Origin: the human T2T-CHM13v2.0 reference genome, Homo sapiens
Assembly: GCF_009914755.1 (NCBI RefSeq)
Contig: NC_060926.1
Direction: 5' to 3' (one strand)
DNA length: 64,000 nt
Each line of letters opens with the position of its first letter. Within the stretch, counting starts at the first letter, position 1. The notes beneath the pieces are model-generated. The model was not told where the DNA came from, did no database searches, and saw nothing but the letters and a program-made list of their open reading frames with translations. This document shows positions 31,629 through 51,775 of the stretch, piece by piece. A program made the translations under genes and the position numbers.

Positions 31629-33470
31629 TTATCTTTTACTTCCTTCCATTTCTAAAACATTTTGGTTATCTGAAAAATGTAAATCTAGCCATCACTCATT
31701 TAGATTAAACAGTCACTTCCATCTACTGAGGAGAAGGGATGGTTAACAGAAACCAGTGAGGATAATTATGCAGCCATGGGTGGTTAAAAAACTACAGCAG
31801 AGGAGTCTAAAATCTGAACAGGTGAAACTGTTTAACTGTAACTTCAAAGGGAGGCCCTTCTACAGTCTGCTAATGAAACATGAAGGAAGCAAACAGTTGA
31901 AACATCAGTAGGAATAGTCAATTCTGACCAAAACAGAAAGAATCTCAGGTCATCTTTTCTCTGACTGCTGATAGTGTGGTCTATCAAAAACATGCAAAAA
32001 GATAAATAATATAAATTATTATTATAAAACCATTGTGTTAGAACCCAGAGAAAAACCCCTGTTATTATTTTGGTATATTTCTTATTTTCTATGTGCACAG
32101 CAAATTTTTGTTTAAAACTACATTACACTTATGCATTTTGATCTAAAACCTATTTTTAAAGGCATTATATTCAATCATGTGGGTGTCCCAAAATTTAACT
32201 GAGTTCTCACTTTTGGACACTAAAGATGTTTCCAGTTTTCATATAAGTGTTGCAATATACAAAAAACTTGGGGTACACTTCTGATTAATTCCTTAGGATA
32301 AACTCAAGAAGTAGACTGAGTGAATGAATATGAATCTTTTTAAAGCCTTCCTGATACATATTGTTGAACTGCCTTTCAAAATAGTAGCACCAGCTTTTTA
32401 ACGAATTTTAAAATAAATTTATGAATCTTTTGCTCCTTTTAGTGCAACCAGATGCAATTTGAATAAGGAGACTAAATTTCTTCGAAAACAAATAGCAGAA
32501 TTAAAGTAAATAAATTGCACAGTCAAATTAATTGATAATTAAGCATGTTTTAATACATAATGGGCTTTACAGTCTACAAATTTTGTTTCCTTGAGTTATA
32601 TTTTGGGTTTCTGACATTACTGAATTTTGATTGTGCTTTTAATTAAAGTCCATATTCCGATTATAAATCATTGGTATTTAGAATCCTGATAAAAGTTACC
32701 TCCGAATCTAGGACATAGTCTCTAATGGCCACAACAATGAACCATCTCTGTAAATGAATGCTACCTGGAGACAGAAACTCTCTTAAGACAAATCTGAAAA
32801 ATCTAAGAAACGTTTTAAACAGAAAGTACAAATATTTGTTCAGTCATTCAAATGCTATCTTGATACTAAAACCAAAAACCCCATGTCAAATAAAAAAGGT
32901 AGAGAGGAGAAAATCATAGGAAAAATTCTAAGAAAGTAAAAAGCAGGAAGATCAAAGCAGAAAAAAAAAAGTAGAAATGCTAAAACATTCCATAAATGAG
33001 AAAACTTAATATAACAGGAGCATTAATAGAGGTAACAACAGAGAGTCCAGTCAGTAGAAGGAGGTTGGAGCAAACAAGAAGAACCAAAACAATGGAATAA
33101 TTAGGTATGAGAAAGTGAATAAACAATCAAAGATCATTTGCTGTTACAATACAGTGTTACTTCTCTCTTTTGGCTGCACAATTATTCAGCCACCTCAACT
33201 AAGTAGGACATTGCTGAGAACCAGAAAACAAGGAGGGAAAGGTTCTGAAAATAGCCAAAGCTAACAATCATACTACACAAGCTCAAGTGCTTCTCTCATA
33301 ACAATCACTTTAAATCCTTATTTTAAATAGAATGCTAAGAGGTTTGGTTATTACTTCTCTGTCCGTAGCATATTAAAAGTAGTAAGTCAGAAGCAAGGAG
33401 AGATTTCCAGAGAGTGGAGCACCAAAAACACATAACATCATATTTGCCAGTGATAAAGGACATACACAAA

Positions 33471-33506
33471 CCACTGCCGCCACCACCACCACCACCACCA
33501 CCACCA
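33471..33506. repeat. (CCA)n microsatellite
   Basis: Direct read. Confidence 0.9.
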
Positions 33507-33711
33507 ACAAAAAACTCAAGAACTGAAAAAGCATAATAGTCTCAAAATAGGAGGAGTAGACAAACCAAGCTTCACAATCAGCCCTAAATCCTAAATGCAT
33601 CAGAAAATGGCATCCTTAAGAGATGAAAATGTTAAAAGTATAATCAGTGAGTTCTCGTTTCTTTCTTTTCTTTTTTTTCTCTCTCTCCCTTCTCTCTCTC
33701 TCTCTCTCTCT

Positions 33712-34323
<612 letters not shown>

Positions 34324-36530
34324 TAAAATGGAAGGGGCAAGCCACATTTTAAAGTGTTTTCCACCTTGGAAGATTAAAAAGTAGAGATAGGCTTCCCTAC
34401 CCAAGTATTTTACTTATGTTGAACATCTCAAGCCCAAGCCAAGATAATTACAGTACAACAAAAATAATGAAACAGACCTACAACTAGCAGAGAAACTATA
34501 ATTTTTAGCAAGGAAAAGATAAACCACACTTGAAATCTACTTGAATCAGATAAACACAGTGATTGGTAACCCAGCACAGTCTGTATCACAGCCATCCAAA
34601 CACTATTGCAATGACTTGGGGTCCTGAGCATGCTGACATGTCACCTTTGGCTTGGCCCGTGGGCTTTTGCACCACTTCAATCTTGGTCACTTCGTGTTCC
34701 TCCAAAAAGTTCAGAAGCCACATCAAAAAAACTGCTATCACCTGGATCCCTTCCAAACCGAGAACTAGAATTTGCGCCTTTTCACTAACAGTTATAACGC
34801 AGAACTGGAGTAATTTTATTATTCAATCAACAATTTACATTTGACAAAATTTTAAGTATTTACCATATGCCAGGTGAGCTGGCTCTATGTAAATATAGTA
34901 GACTTTAAAGAAATTTAAAGATTCCAGAGTCATCTAGAATACAGTTAATTTTCTGCTAATGTATTTTTCTACTACTGTATTTTTCAACCAGTCTCCCCAA
35001 TATTAATAAAGATGGTATATATATTCTTTATCTGGTATCAGCATCATTAAAAATTAGACAAGACTACAACTTTTCTTTGTGTTTGATGAAATATACTTTC
35101 ATACATATTATCTTCCTCAGAAAAACATATTTTTATATTTTACAAAAATATAAAAGGAATTTCAGCCCAAAGAATATTTTGGGATATACCATGTGAAAAA
35201 CCTCAGAAGAATATTTAAATAAAACCATAATTCTTATTACCAAAAACATGTTCTATATTGCAGCTAACTTTGAAATGAAGATAAACTGGATAACAGTTGA
35301 CCAAATACATTAAGATCTTTCTTTGGAATATCTAAATCTATATCTAATGGGCCATCTAGCTTTCCAACTTTCAGTGTCATGGTAAAGTAAGAAAAAGCAC
35401 AAAAAACAAATACACCTATGAAGTAATCTTGCCGAAAAACTTGTATTAATACTTGAATCTGATCAAACCTCTGTATCTTTCAATTTAAAAAAAAAAAGGG
35501 CATGGAGGAATATTGCAAGGACTCAGTCATCCAAATCCGGGCTCACAGGGTACCACACTACCACACTACCTCATTAAGACTTCAGTCTCATCCCTTGAAA
35601 GCTGGCATCCAGTTTCCTACTCTGTGACTACTGCTTTATGGCACTCTGAACACTGTACTGAAATTACACGTGTGTCTCCTGCTACAGCACTAGCACAGGG
35701 GAGCACAATCACATAGCTCAGAACAGGGCTCTGACATCTGAGTTAAAACCCCAGCTTTGCCCCCTTGGTTAACTCATCGATAAAATGAAGAAAATATCAC
35801 CTGCTGCTCAAAGGAATTTTAAGGATTCCATGAGAAAATACATGTAAAGCACCTAGCACAATTCTTGGCATACCTTAGGGAGTTAATAACTAATAACTGA
35901 ATAAATAAAAACCATAAGCAGCAAAATTAAATAGTCGTGAATTTCATCTCTTTTGATTTCATCTAATCACCTTCTTATAGTATCTAATGAATGGTAAAAT
36001 GCCAAAATGACTAATGGTTAAAAAAAAATTAGCAAAGATAACAGGAATTTTTTTAAAAAAACAGGTCATCAGCTTCTAAATAACTGTGGCTGACTCTAGA
36101 GTAGTAAGGAATAATGTAATCACAGCAAACATCACCTGATGAAGAATGGAGTTATTAAGAGCTAAACCAGACCGAACTCAGTAAAAGCAATCAAATTTAC
36201 TTTAACTAAAAGTTCTCAATATAATCATTTTCAAGCATAATTTTAATAATGTGGAAAACATTTCTAAAATAAGTTTTTAAATGTCAGCATTATGATTCTG
36301 AGTCTTTTCCATTTTCTCACTAAAAAGGACTAACAATAAATTAAATTAACCAACTTTTCCATCTGAACAGTAGGTGGCATAACTCACCTACTGTGAGCCA
36401 GCTGCTGCAGCGTGAGTGACATGGTAATTTTTTTAAAAGCTCAATATAACATCATTCAAAATTCTGACAATATTCATTTAAAAGTCCTAATTTGAAAATG
36501 GCATTTTTCAAATAATATGAAAATACTTAC

Positions 36531-36616
36531 ATCTCAATTTGTCCAGCATTTTTCCACCACACATGGTTGCTAACATAGCTTTAACTGAAAATACCGTCAA
36601 CTTGCCTCGGCCCTCA
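36531..36616 (-). CDS. DTNB: Beta-dystrobrevin coding exon (approx. exon 5, 86 nt, phase 2 to 1)
   Basis: Not in the ORF track; read manually as (S)[28 protein letters not shown](Y). Acceptor ttattttgcag|T; donor AGAT|gtaagt. Confidence 0.96.
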
Positions 36617-38610
36617 CTGCAAAATAAATTATATTAGAAATAATTGCTATCTGAAACCACAAAAGGACTCGAATGTATCACTAAATACTGAGCAACCCAG
36701 TAAGTTGATTCCTGACCTTGTCTGTTACAATTTTACCACATTTAGAAACCCTGGATTTTTTTTTTTTCATTTGTAGAATTAAGACTTCACCTATGCTAGG
36801 TGAAGAATGCTAAAGCTAGCCTGAATTTTCTGGAAGTTTTAGAAACATTCTATGTAATTTCTGTTGGCTATGTAGCAGAGGTCAAATGGATGAACCTGAA
36901 GTGAATTTCCTATTAATTAAACCCATTAAATCCACAGCTGTAGTTCTTAAGTATTCAAAACTGAGGGGCCACCTGGTTTGAATATAATTCAGAAACATAA
37001 CCTTACATCAGGATATTACAACAATGGTTTCTTGTTACATACTAAACAACAGGGTGCATCTTACTATGAAGATTTTATAGTACATTCATCTTTGTTTTTA
37101 CTGTAACAACCTTTATGTTACCACGTGTTTATTCTAAGAAGCTCAATCACACCTGTCTCAGATCTTCTAATACACCACTGTAAGAAAAGTGAAGAGGAAG
37201 GGATAGTAACATTAATTCTTCTTTAGGAACTGGAAAGACGAAATGTAGAAGAACATAAATGAATCACCTAAGGTAATGCTGCACACCACCAGCAGAACCA
37301 AGACAATATCACCGAGGCCCCTGACCCAAAGTGTCCACGGCTTCATTCACTCAACTATGCCCTGGTTTCACAGCAGATAAAAACTTCACTAGTTGGTTGT
37401 TAAAGTTATCACAGGTAAGCCAAGAATGTGCTTTTTGTGTTAATTTTTAAAAGCTTGTGTTCACAATGTTTCATTGTAACTTAGAGTAAAACACTTTTGC
37501 AATAATGAGAGCTATACCTTCTTTGTTTAGAAAAAGAATGTATCATCCTATTTATATCCACAATGGTTCTAATACAGTGTTTCCCATTTTCCACACTGTC
37601 TTTATATACAGAAAGATCACACCTGAAAAAAGGCAAATAGCCTATACGCTAGAAAATTATCTGTGAAAACACCACCAGGAAATATCAATATTTGTTACAG
37701 TTGAGCTTTTAACTATAACATCTCCTTGAGTTTATTCATAAAACAAAATAGGAATGACTGCAACTAGCTAAAATTAGAATGGGGTTTTTAAAATATATTG
37801 TTCTTCAGAAATAAAGATACAGCTCCATGTACAAAGCAATATGGCACCCATAAATAAGGCATATTCCTGCATCAAATATCTACTGCATTATGTAAGAAAA
37901 GCTAGTGGTTATAAGATAGATCATTAGGTTAAAAGGAATGGGTTTCTAAGACTGATACAGAGCTTTTACAGTGGACTTTCTTTTTTGACACCAAGCACTT
38001 GAAAGCTGAGTCTACATTTAAGCACACCCTACCTTATGGGACAAGTAGACTTTCCACTACTAAAGTACAAAGAAGGAAAAAAAAACATATATTTGCTTTC
38101 TCATCTTTCTCTGAAACTAGGATAGGGGCACATAACAGAGCTCCACCAATAAAATGCACTATGCTAGATTTCAAGGGGGTAAATATTAACTTGGAGAAGC
38201 AGGAACTCCAGAAGAATCCACCTAGTGGGGATGGCAGCAGTAGGGGCAGCTACATTCAGTGTTCTGGGGCAGCAGAGATAATGATTCTTGGGGCAGCACC
38301 CAGAGCCCAGCATCAGTGGTGTTTGGAGCACAAGCAGCAAGGTCTGTGGCCAGAGAGGTGTCTTCATGAGAGTTCTGTGCAATCATTTTGCACTATGTTC
38401 CTAGCAGTGTAGTTTTCAAGCCTACTTTCCCAACCTACTTACAGAATCTGTGGGTCACCCTTTTAATTAATTAGCCAGAGATGGTATCTATTACTTACAA
38501 CTAAGAACTCTGATGGATACAGCTTCTAACCTGAAGTAAAGTAGCCCACAAAGATGAAGCAACAAAAGAAACTATTGCTGAAGTCCAGAGTGGGATTAAG
38601 AATGCCTGAT

Positions 38611-38904
38611 GGGCCGGGTACAATGGCTCACGCCTGTAATCCCAGCACTTTGGGAGGCCGAGGCAGGCAGATCACCTGAGGTCGGGAGTTCAAGACCAGC
38701 CTGACCAACATGAAGAAACTCCGTCTCTACTAAAAATACAAAATTAGCCAGGTGTGGTGGCGCATGCCTGTAATCCCAGCTACTCAGAAGGCTGAGGCAG
38801 GAAAATTGCTTGAACCCAGGAGGCGGAGGTTGCAGTGAGCTGAGATAGCATCATCTCTTGTTGCCTGGGCAACAAGAGCGAAACTCTTTCAAAAAAAAAA
38901 AAAA
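38611..38904 (+). mobile_element. AluSp-like
   Basis: Motif gaggtcgggagttcaagaccagcctgacc. Confidence 0.92.
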
Positions 38905-38950
38905 ACTTGTTATATATGTTGCTATGCATAAACATTTCCATAATAGAATG

Positions 38951-38953
<3 letters not shown>

Positions 38954-38998
<45 letters not shown>
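38954..38998. repeat. (CA)22 microsatellite
   Basis: Perfect dinucleotide run. Confidence 0.97.
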
Positions 38999-39002
<4 letters not shown>

Positions 39003-39379
39003 TAAAAATACCAAGGCTTAGGCCCAACCCTTAGAGATCCTAATTATTTGGCCTAGGGTGGGGCGTTGACACTGGTAATTCTTAGGAGTTCCCCAAGTGA
39101 TTCAAAACAGCCAGAATTGAGAACCACTGACCCAAAACAAATCAACTTTATAAAAAGAAAAGAAAAAAAGACACAAGAGAAAAAGGGAAGCTGCATTCAC
39201 ATACACAAAATAGACATGGAAGAAATACAAATGACTATTAAGTGCATGAAAAGACACTGACCTTAATTAATAATAAAAGGAACAGAAATCTCAAAAATAA
39301 TGAGATAAATTTTGTAGATGTCATAAGTTACTGTTTCCAAAGACTGTCCTCAGTCTAAGCAGTGTGAAGTCTGACTTAG

Positions 39380-39566
<187 letters not shown>

Positions 39567-39779
39567 GAAAGATTTTTAAAGAAATAGTTTAGCTACACTT
39601 CCTTTTATTTTGTAATGTAATATTTATCACTTTCATAATTGATTACTTTTTAAATGATCACTTTAAAGAGAGAGAGAGTATATGTGCCAGGAAAAAGTAA
39701 GTAATCTCTCTGGTTTTATATAATTTTAAGCTCTAACCATGATCAACGATTATGCCTTTAGTTAATTCTGTATGGTATC

Positions 39780-40560
<781 letters not shown>

Positions 40561-40716
40561 GACAAACAAAACATGAGTCACTGCCTATACTATAGGTACA
40601 AATAAATACTTGTTGACTTATTGATATTCCTTACTAAAAGAAAGAAAAAAAAGCTGCTTGTGGGTAAAAGTGAAACCAGTGGCACAAGAACTGATAACAT
40701 TCTAAGGATTATATAC

Positions 40717-40863
40717 AATCAGCCCTCAGTATTCATGGGCAATTGTTTCCAGGACCCCTGCAGATACCAAAATCCACGGATATTCAAGTCCCCTCTAGAG
40801 TTGGCCCTCCATATCCATGGGTGTCTGAATCCACACATGGGAATCTGCAGATACAGAGGGCCA
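40717..40863. mobile_element. MER2/Tigger-derived MITE fragment
   Basis: ttccaggacccctgcagataccaaaatccacggatattcaagtccct. Confidence 0.6.
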
Positions 40864-41749
40864 AGGGTACTGGCAATGCTGAGGAGTTTGAAAATAATCT
40901 AGAGGGAAAAGCACAGCACCTTGGAAATGCCTTCAAGAAGAAGGCCGTCCTTAGGATCCTATCGACTTCTAAAGTGATTATATCTGGGAACTGTGGCGCA
41001 TGCCTGTAGTACCAGCTACTCAGGAGGCTGAAGCAGGAGGATCACTTAAGTCCAGGGGTTTGGGACCAGCCTGGGCAATACAGTCAGACCTCATCTCTAA
41101 ATAGAAAAATAATACACTAAAATAAAGTGATTAATGTTGGTCTAATACTTAATAAAGGAATTATTAAGAAAATAAGTCTGAATATCCCTGGAGTTATTTG
41201 GATAGACCAAGCAGAAGAATTAATGTAATTCTTTCTTTCTCTCTATACCAAGTAGGCCCTTTATCAAGAGACAGCACATTATCTAAACACAGAAAAAGGA
41301 GAGAAATAAAGGGGGTAGAAAACTGTTCCATTCTTTTCACATGGAATTTACACACTCGAGAAGCCTAAAATGATGTTTTTGAATGTGCATATTCATAGTC
41401 ATTTTTTGCAGCATGTTTCTAATGGCAAAAGACTGGAAATAACCAAAATGTCCATTAATAGTGAAGACTGCTATCACAAAAAGAATAAGAAATTATATAT
41501 GAAAGACAGAATCATATGCAAGGCAGACTAAGGGGAAAAAAGCAAGGTATAGAACAAAATAATTGTTAGAAGGTTATCTAACAACTATGTTAAAAAAGAG
41601 AGAGAAAAATAATATATTTGTTTGCATATGTATAAACTATATGTGACAGGATATTGAGAAAATAACAACACTGGTTGCCGCCAGGGTGGGAAGAAGACAG
41701 CCTAGAGAGAGGAATGAAATGGTGGGTAATTTCACATTGTAAGTATTAA

Positions 41750-44036
<2,287 letters not shown>

Positions 44037-45053
44037 TCTAAGGAGATGGAGGCGGGGAAAAACAAAACAAAACAAAACTGTTTTTCCTACTCTCTTACAC
44101 AGCAATTCACTCTGACACCAGATGCCTCGGGAGTTATTTCCCCACACACCAAGCAAGCAATTCTCCAGCAGATAACAGCTGGATGTCTATAATCTGATTC
44201 AAGTCCGACACCATTTACCTGGAGATAGCATCAGATCCCACAGGCTGAGGGCTCATTCCCGCAAGACTGCTCCCCACTTCAGATATCAGTAGCAAGTAGT
44301 AGGCTGTCACCTATACTTCTGACCAACGAACTATAAAATTGCGGTTCCCATGACCCTTCCTTGGACTGATTAGTTTGCTAGACTGGCTCACAGAACTCAG
44401 GAAAACACCTATATTTAACCACTTATTTATGAAGGATATTATAAAAGATACAGATGAACAGTCAGATGGAGGAGATGCATAGGGTGTGTTTTACGGGAAG
44501 GGGCACACAGCTTCCATGCCTTCCCGAGGTGTGCTACACTCCAGGAACTTCCACCTGCTCAGCTATCTGGAAGCTCTCCAAACCTAGTCCTTTTGGGTTT
44601 TTAATAGAGGCTTCATTACCTAGGGGTGACTGATTATATCTTTGGCCACTGGTGATCTGCCTTCAGCCCCTCTTCCTTCTTGGAGGTTAAGGAGTGGGGC
44701 TTAAAGTCCCAACTCTCTAATCAATCACATGATTAGCTCCCCTGGCAAACAGTCTATATCCTAAGAGTGGCCTCCTTAGGACAAAAGATGCTCCTATCAC
44801 TCAGGAAGTTACAAAGGTATTAGGAGTTCAGTGTAAAGAACTGCGGTCAAAGTCCAAATACTAGAACAAAAGATTCTACCACCTATCTACAAGGGGGTAT
44901 CAGGAGCTCTGTCTCAGGAACCCGGGCAGCGATCAAACGTTAGAACAAAAGATTCTCCTACAACCCCTATCACTCAGGAAATTACAAGGGTCTCAGGGGC
45001 TCTGTGCCAGGGACTGAGGGCAGACCAACATGTATATTTCTTATTATTTCGCA
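44037..45053 (-). mobile_element. MER21-family LTR
   Basis: ggagatagcatcagatcccacagg, ggctcacagaactcagg and terminal gaccaacatgtatatttcttattatttcgca; 5-bp TSD AATCC. Confidence 0.8.
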
Positions 45054-45954
45054 AATCCCAATTGAATTCACAAAAGGGTATTTCCGTAGAAATCAACAGG
45101 ATCATTTCTTGTGTATTTTTAGAGTTCTAAACCCATACAAATCCTCAATAAGGTATGAGAATAAAGATACTATTCAGATGCCTAAACCCCATCCTGTTCT
45201 TATGTTGAAAAAGTCCCTTGTGCTATTTTCATATGCATCCAGAGCTGAGAACCACCAACATAGAGCTTTGAATGCAAGAGTAAGACTTTAGCTTTTATTT
45301 TGTTGGCAGTGATAAATCAAAGGACATAATAAAAGATTACAGAAAATTAATCACACTGCAGTTGTGTAAATCTTTCTGGCTCCAAATCTCTCCTCCTTCA
45401 AAGAGACAAAACTGTATCTATTCCTTGCTGCAGAAAAGAAACTGTTGCTATCTATGCAGACAGACAGGAAAGTGTGGCAGAGTCCAGCACACTAGCAAGA
45501 GAGCCAGGTCACACTTGCAACTCTTCCTGAGAAGAGACTTACCTCATTAATACCCATCCATAAACATTACACAATGGATCTTCATGGGTACTATGATATC
45601 TTTACTTCTATATATTATAATAATTAGCACTTGTACAACATTTTCTTAATCTTCAAAATGTTTTTAGAAACACTAATATTTTACAACACTTTGCATCCTT
45701 ATTCAAAATATCCTTTGACTCAACCCTGTTGTAAATATTAGTCCTAGATTCAGAGACTCTCATATTCAAATACAGAATAACAGATATAATTCTCAATTAA
45801 CCTGGATCAGCACTAAAACACTTGTATTTTTCCATTCATTAAGATTATTATTAGTCTCAATGGCTGGTCTCCGATGAAAGAATCTGTTAATTTACAGAAT
45901 AATCTAGATCAGGCTATTTATAGTAAAAAAAAAAAAAAAAAAAAAAAAAGACTT

Positions 45955-46262
<308 letters not shown>

Positions 46263-46903
46263 TCATTAACCCCTCAATTAAGTATTGCCAGTAATGTGTG
46301 GTCCCTTAACATACCATCTCTGAGATCCACTGTTTAACGATTTTTCTTATTCACAACAGCCACGTAGAAATCTCCACACATAATCTCCCACCCAACAAAC
46401 TACGAATCTTCTCTTCCCTCCACCTGTATGCACTTTCAGGTGAACAAATGTATGCGTGCTTAACATCACAGGCTTTATTAAGGGTCAGGGGATATGCACC
46501 AAAGTGTCAATCTGTAACTCAACAGGATAAACAGACTGTATAAGCACAGTGGAAGGAGTTTTAAGTTCAGGTAAAAGTAGAGGAATCTGAGATTAAGGAT
46601 CATAGTAAATGTGAGCGGGATGAATTTACAGACAGGAGAGATTTGGCGAAAATACTTAGTGAACCTTTATGTTTAAGAATACATTCATAAGTTAAGTATG
46701 CATCCTGAGAATGGGGCAGTGGGCTCGAGGTGTTAATTATTAACCCTTCTTCCCCATTCAAATCACTTTTCATTTACCACTTTAGGTTCACAGTTAGTGC
46801 TATCAAAAGGTTTATACACTCTTCAAAAGGAAATATTAATATAAACAAAAATATACACAAAAGTTATAATTGTATATTTAAATACAGTTATAGAAACTTA
46901 TTA

Positions 46904-47209
<306 letters not shown>

Positions 47210-49056
47210 CTACTTTAAAATTCCAGTATAACTTGGCATAAAGAAATAGTTATCCGATAAAATTAATGAAGGGGTAGTCTCAACATCCTTACTTCCACAA
47301 ATCACGTTACTTATATTTTTCCCTTCAAAAAGAAAAAAAACTTAGCTCTTTTCTCTCAATTGTTTGCTTTGCAGGCCAAACATCAGCAGTGACTCCTCTG
47401 CACAGAATGCTTTTCTTGGCACTGAAACCCCTCAGTCTACTTTAAGCCTAACTTCCTACAACTGCCTCTAAACAAGGCCAAGAGGAAGCATTACTTTTGC
47501 TTTTCTAATGTTTCTTTAGAGCCCCAGCATTCTTCCTCTACAACTAGAGGCAAGCAGAGAGAAAACTGCAGCTCCTCAGCACCCTGATACCGCCCGACTT
47601 TGTTCTTTATCTAACTGATTCCTTCTTCTTGGAAGAACTCATTCTTGATCCTTCCCACGAGACATCTGAAATTATTCTGTATACACTGGTCAAGTTGAAA
47701 CTGAATAATTAGCTGCCAGTGGCCACAGCACATGTCCTCACCAATGTCCATGTTTTCACTACTTCCAATGTAAAGTCCAAGTTTATACCAGAATCAATTC
47801 TCTTCAAACAAGATTTGGAAATGATATTTAACCTGGTTTCATCACAAATAATGTTACTCACTTCAAATCTGGCCTATGATAGCTACAGAGTTGATTGGTA
47901 GGTCAACATTTGAAATATAACGCCATTAACAGTGAATACGAACCCCTCTATCAAGACACTAAGATGAAAAGATAAACAGGTAATATTTGTTGAGATGATA
48001 AGACAGAAGAAACTTGTGATTTTAACCCCACTCAAATAGAAGCCCTCCAGGGAATGTCCTCCTTCAGTAAGGGACATGATGATCCCTTTCTCAGCCTTCT
48101 CTGCATGATTCATTTCCATAGCCCTATCATTTTACAGTCTGACAATAAACTATGCATATGACTTCTAAAAAGAGTTATTATCCAACACTGAGAAAACACC
48201 ATTATTAGCTCTGTGCCAAGCTAAGCAGACAATGAGTCACCCTGAATAAACGCTGTTATGTTTTAACATGCAGGTACCTTCTGAAGCCTCTGAAGTCCCC
48301 ACCTGTTCCCTGTGGATGGGAAATCATTCGTTTCAGTTCAATAAGGTCTCAAATTCTGTCTTTCAATATTTAAAACTAACCAAATCTGGATGACGTTTCT
48401 AGCTTTACACTATCTAGTAGGAGTTTGCTATTCAAATTAATACTTTTGAAAACAAGACTACGGGTAGTATTTTGTACTTAACACAAGCTGTTTCTATCTC
48501 TTTAGCAAATGATTGTGGATGCTGCCAACCACAAATTTCTCACACGGAAACAAACTTCAACTTCAGAAACACTATTACCAGTCCGATTATCATATGTAGC
48601 TAAACGTAATAAGAGCATCTCTCTTTGATTTTCAAAAACTCGCATTCTGCCAATTAATCTTAATTTACAAAACTTCACAGTGAATGGATGTTGCAATAAT
48701 CAACTGCAAATCAAGAATCCATTTGGCAAATGTCAAACAGCTTTAATCAAGTAAAATCAACTTAGAATATTATTCAATTTTATCACAATCAGAATGCCTG
48801 CTGCTTTTCATTTCAATCTTATAAACATTTATAAATAATCTAGCATTATACTAATTGAGGAATGAAAGAAATATAAAGCAGAATCTCTGCTCTCACGGAC
48901 ATCCATTCCATTTTGAACACTTATGAAGCAGTTTACAACCTTATGTAATTAAAGGCCAAAATAATAATATAAACAAGAACTGTAAGTCATCAAAAGGATG
49001 AAAATGGGATTGGTGATAATAAGGCAGGCTACATGGTAGGTAAAAACTTGGGTTGA

Positions 49057-49554
<498 letters not shown>

Positions 49555-49982
49555 TTATCATTAAACCAACGGAGGAGTGTGAGCTTAATTCAAAACCACA
49601 GGGATTCTCTGAAGGTTTCTGAAGTGGGAAGTTACATGATGAAACAGTGTCTTGATCAGATTAATTTCGAAGTGAGGTACTGAATGGACAGGAGAAGTCT
49701 CTCTGGACTTGTTACTACTTCTCTCTGTTTCAGAAGAAAACAAAGGCAAGGAAAAAGAAACACACTCAGAATAAAGCATTCCTCCTGCCCTTTCTTTTAA
49801 AAAAATAAATGAAAAGCACAAAAGAATAAACAAAAAAAATTTTCTGAAAGATTAGTTAATGGTAAAACCCTTTGCAAGTCTGCATATTCTGAATTCAGAA
49901 GATTCTTATTTGTAAATTAGCACAAACTCATGACTTCTGTTGGAAGAAAAGCTACAAGATAAAGAGTAAGTAAGTGATGGAT

Positions 49983-50373
<391 letters not shown>

Positions 50374-50742
50374 TCAGCATAGGACTCTGATCTTACTTGG
50401 CTGGCTTTTTTCTTATGATCCTGAATCCTTCTAAAAACAAGCAGGGATGTAAATAAATACTGTACACCAACATATGAAATGTCTGTGCCTCCCAGGAAAT
50501 TACAGTTTTGTTTAAAAATCACTAATGAAGAAGACTGTAACCTAATATTATCTTTTATCAGCAACATCCATTCCATAACATGCTAGGCTGGGCAGATTAA
50601 GAATTTATGGAAGACATTTGCTTTTATTTGAAATGGACTGGTTTGTTTCTGCTTTGTTTTGTATTGTTTTGTTTTAAACATTCAGTATTAAGGGGGAACA
50701 ATATAACTTTTTAAATGGATTCAAATTAAACTGCTAAATCAA

Positions 50743-51079
<337 letters not shown>

Positions 51080-51495
51080 TAGCCACATTTGCAAACTACA
51101 CAGGAATTTTTTCATATAACTCTATTATAAATTATATAAGTATCTTTACACCAAAGGAATCTTTCGATTGTTCAAATTAGCAAGAATGTTTTCTACTGAG
51201 TGTTATTGTAGATGGTAAACAATAACCCTAGGCCTTTAAATGATGTGTTCAATACCGTATTTTGTATTTTTTAAGATTTAGATGTATTTTACAGACTTTG
51301 TCCAAACTAGTTTCATTAGATACATCATTTTTTTTTTTTACCAGTTTATTCCATTTTTAAGGTGAAATTTCATTCTATTTCTGAACCAACACTTTTGGTA
51401 AAGGCCACAGACTCATTTGTAAAACATAAATGGATGAAATATATCAGAGGAAAAAATAAGATTCAACAGTCAGAAATAAAGTATAAGAGCAATCT

Positions 51496-51775
51496 GGCCG
51501 GGTGCAGTGGCTTATGGCTGTATTCAATCCCAGCACTTTGGGAGGCCAAGTCGGGTGGATCACTTGAGGCCAGGAGTTTGAGACCAGCCTAGCCAACATG
51601 GCAAAACCCCGTCTCTACTGAACATATAAAAATTAGCCAGGCGTGGTGGCGTATGCCTGTAGTCCCAAATAGGAGGATGAGGCATGAGAATCGCTTGAAT
51701 CCAGGAGGTGGAGGTTGCAGTGAGCCAAGATTGTGCCACTGCACTAGAGCCTGGACGACAGAAAAATAAATAAAT
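51496..51775 (+). mobile_element. AluS
   Basis: Alu consensus match. Confidence 0.9.

Noticed and set aside
37999-38412. 137-aa ORF
   Set aside because: Overlaps an MLT1-like LTR remnant; no similarity to proteins I recognise.
45537-45546. Consensus donor GAG|GTAAGT on the DTNB strand
   Set aside because: No convincing acceptor at exon distance upstream; such 9-mers arise by chance in long introns.
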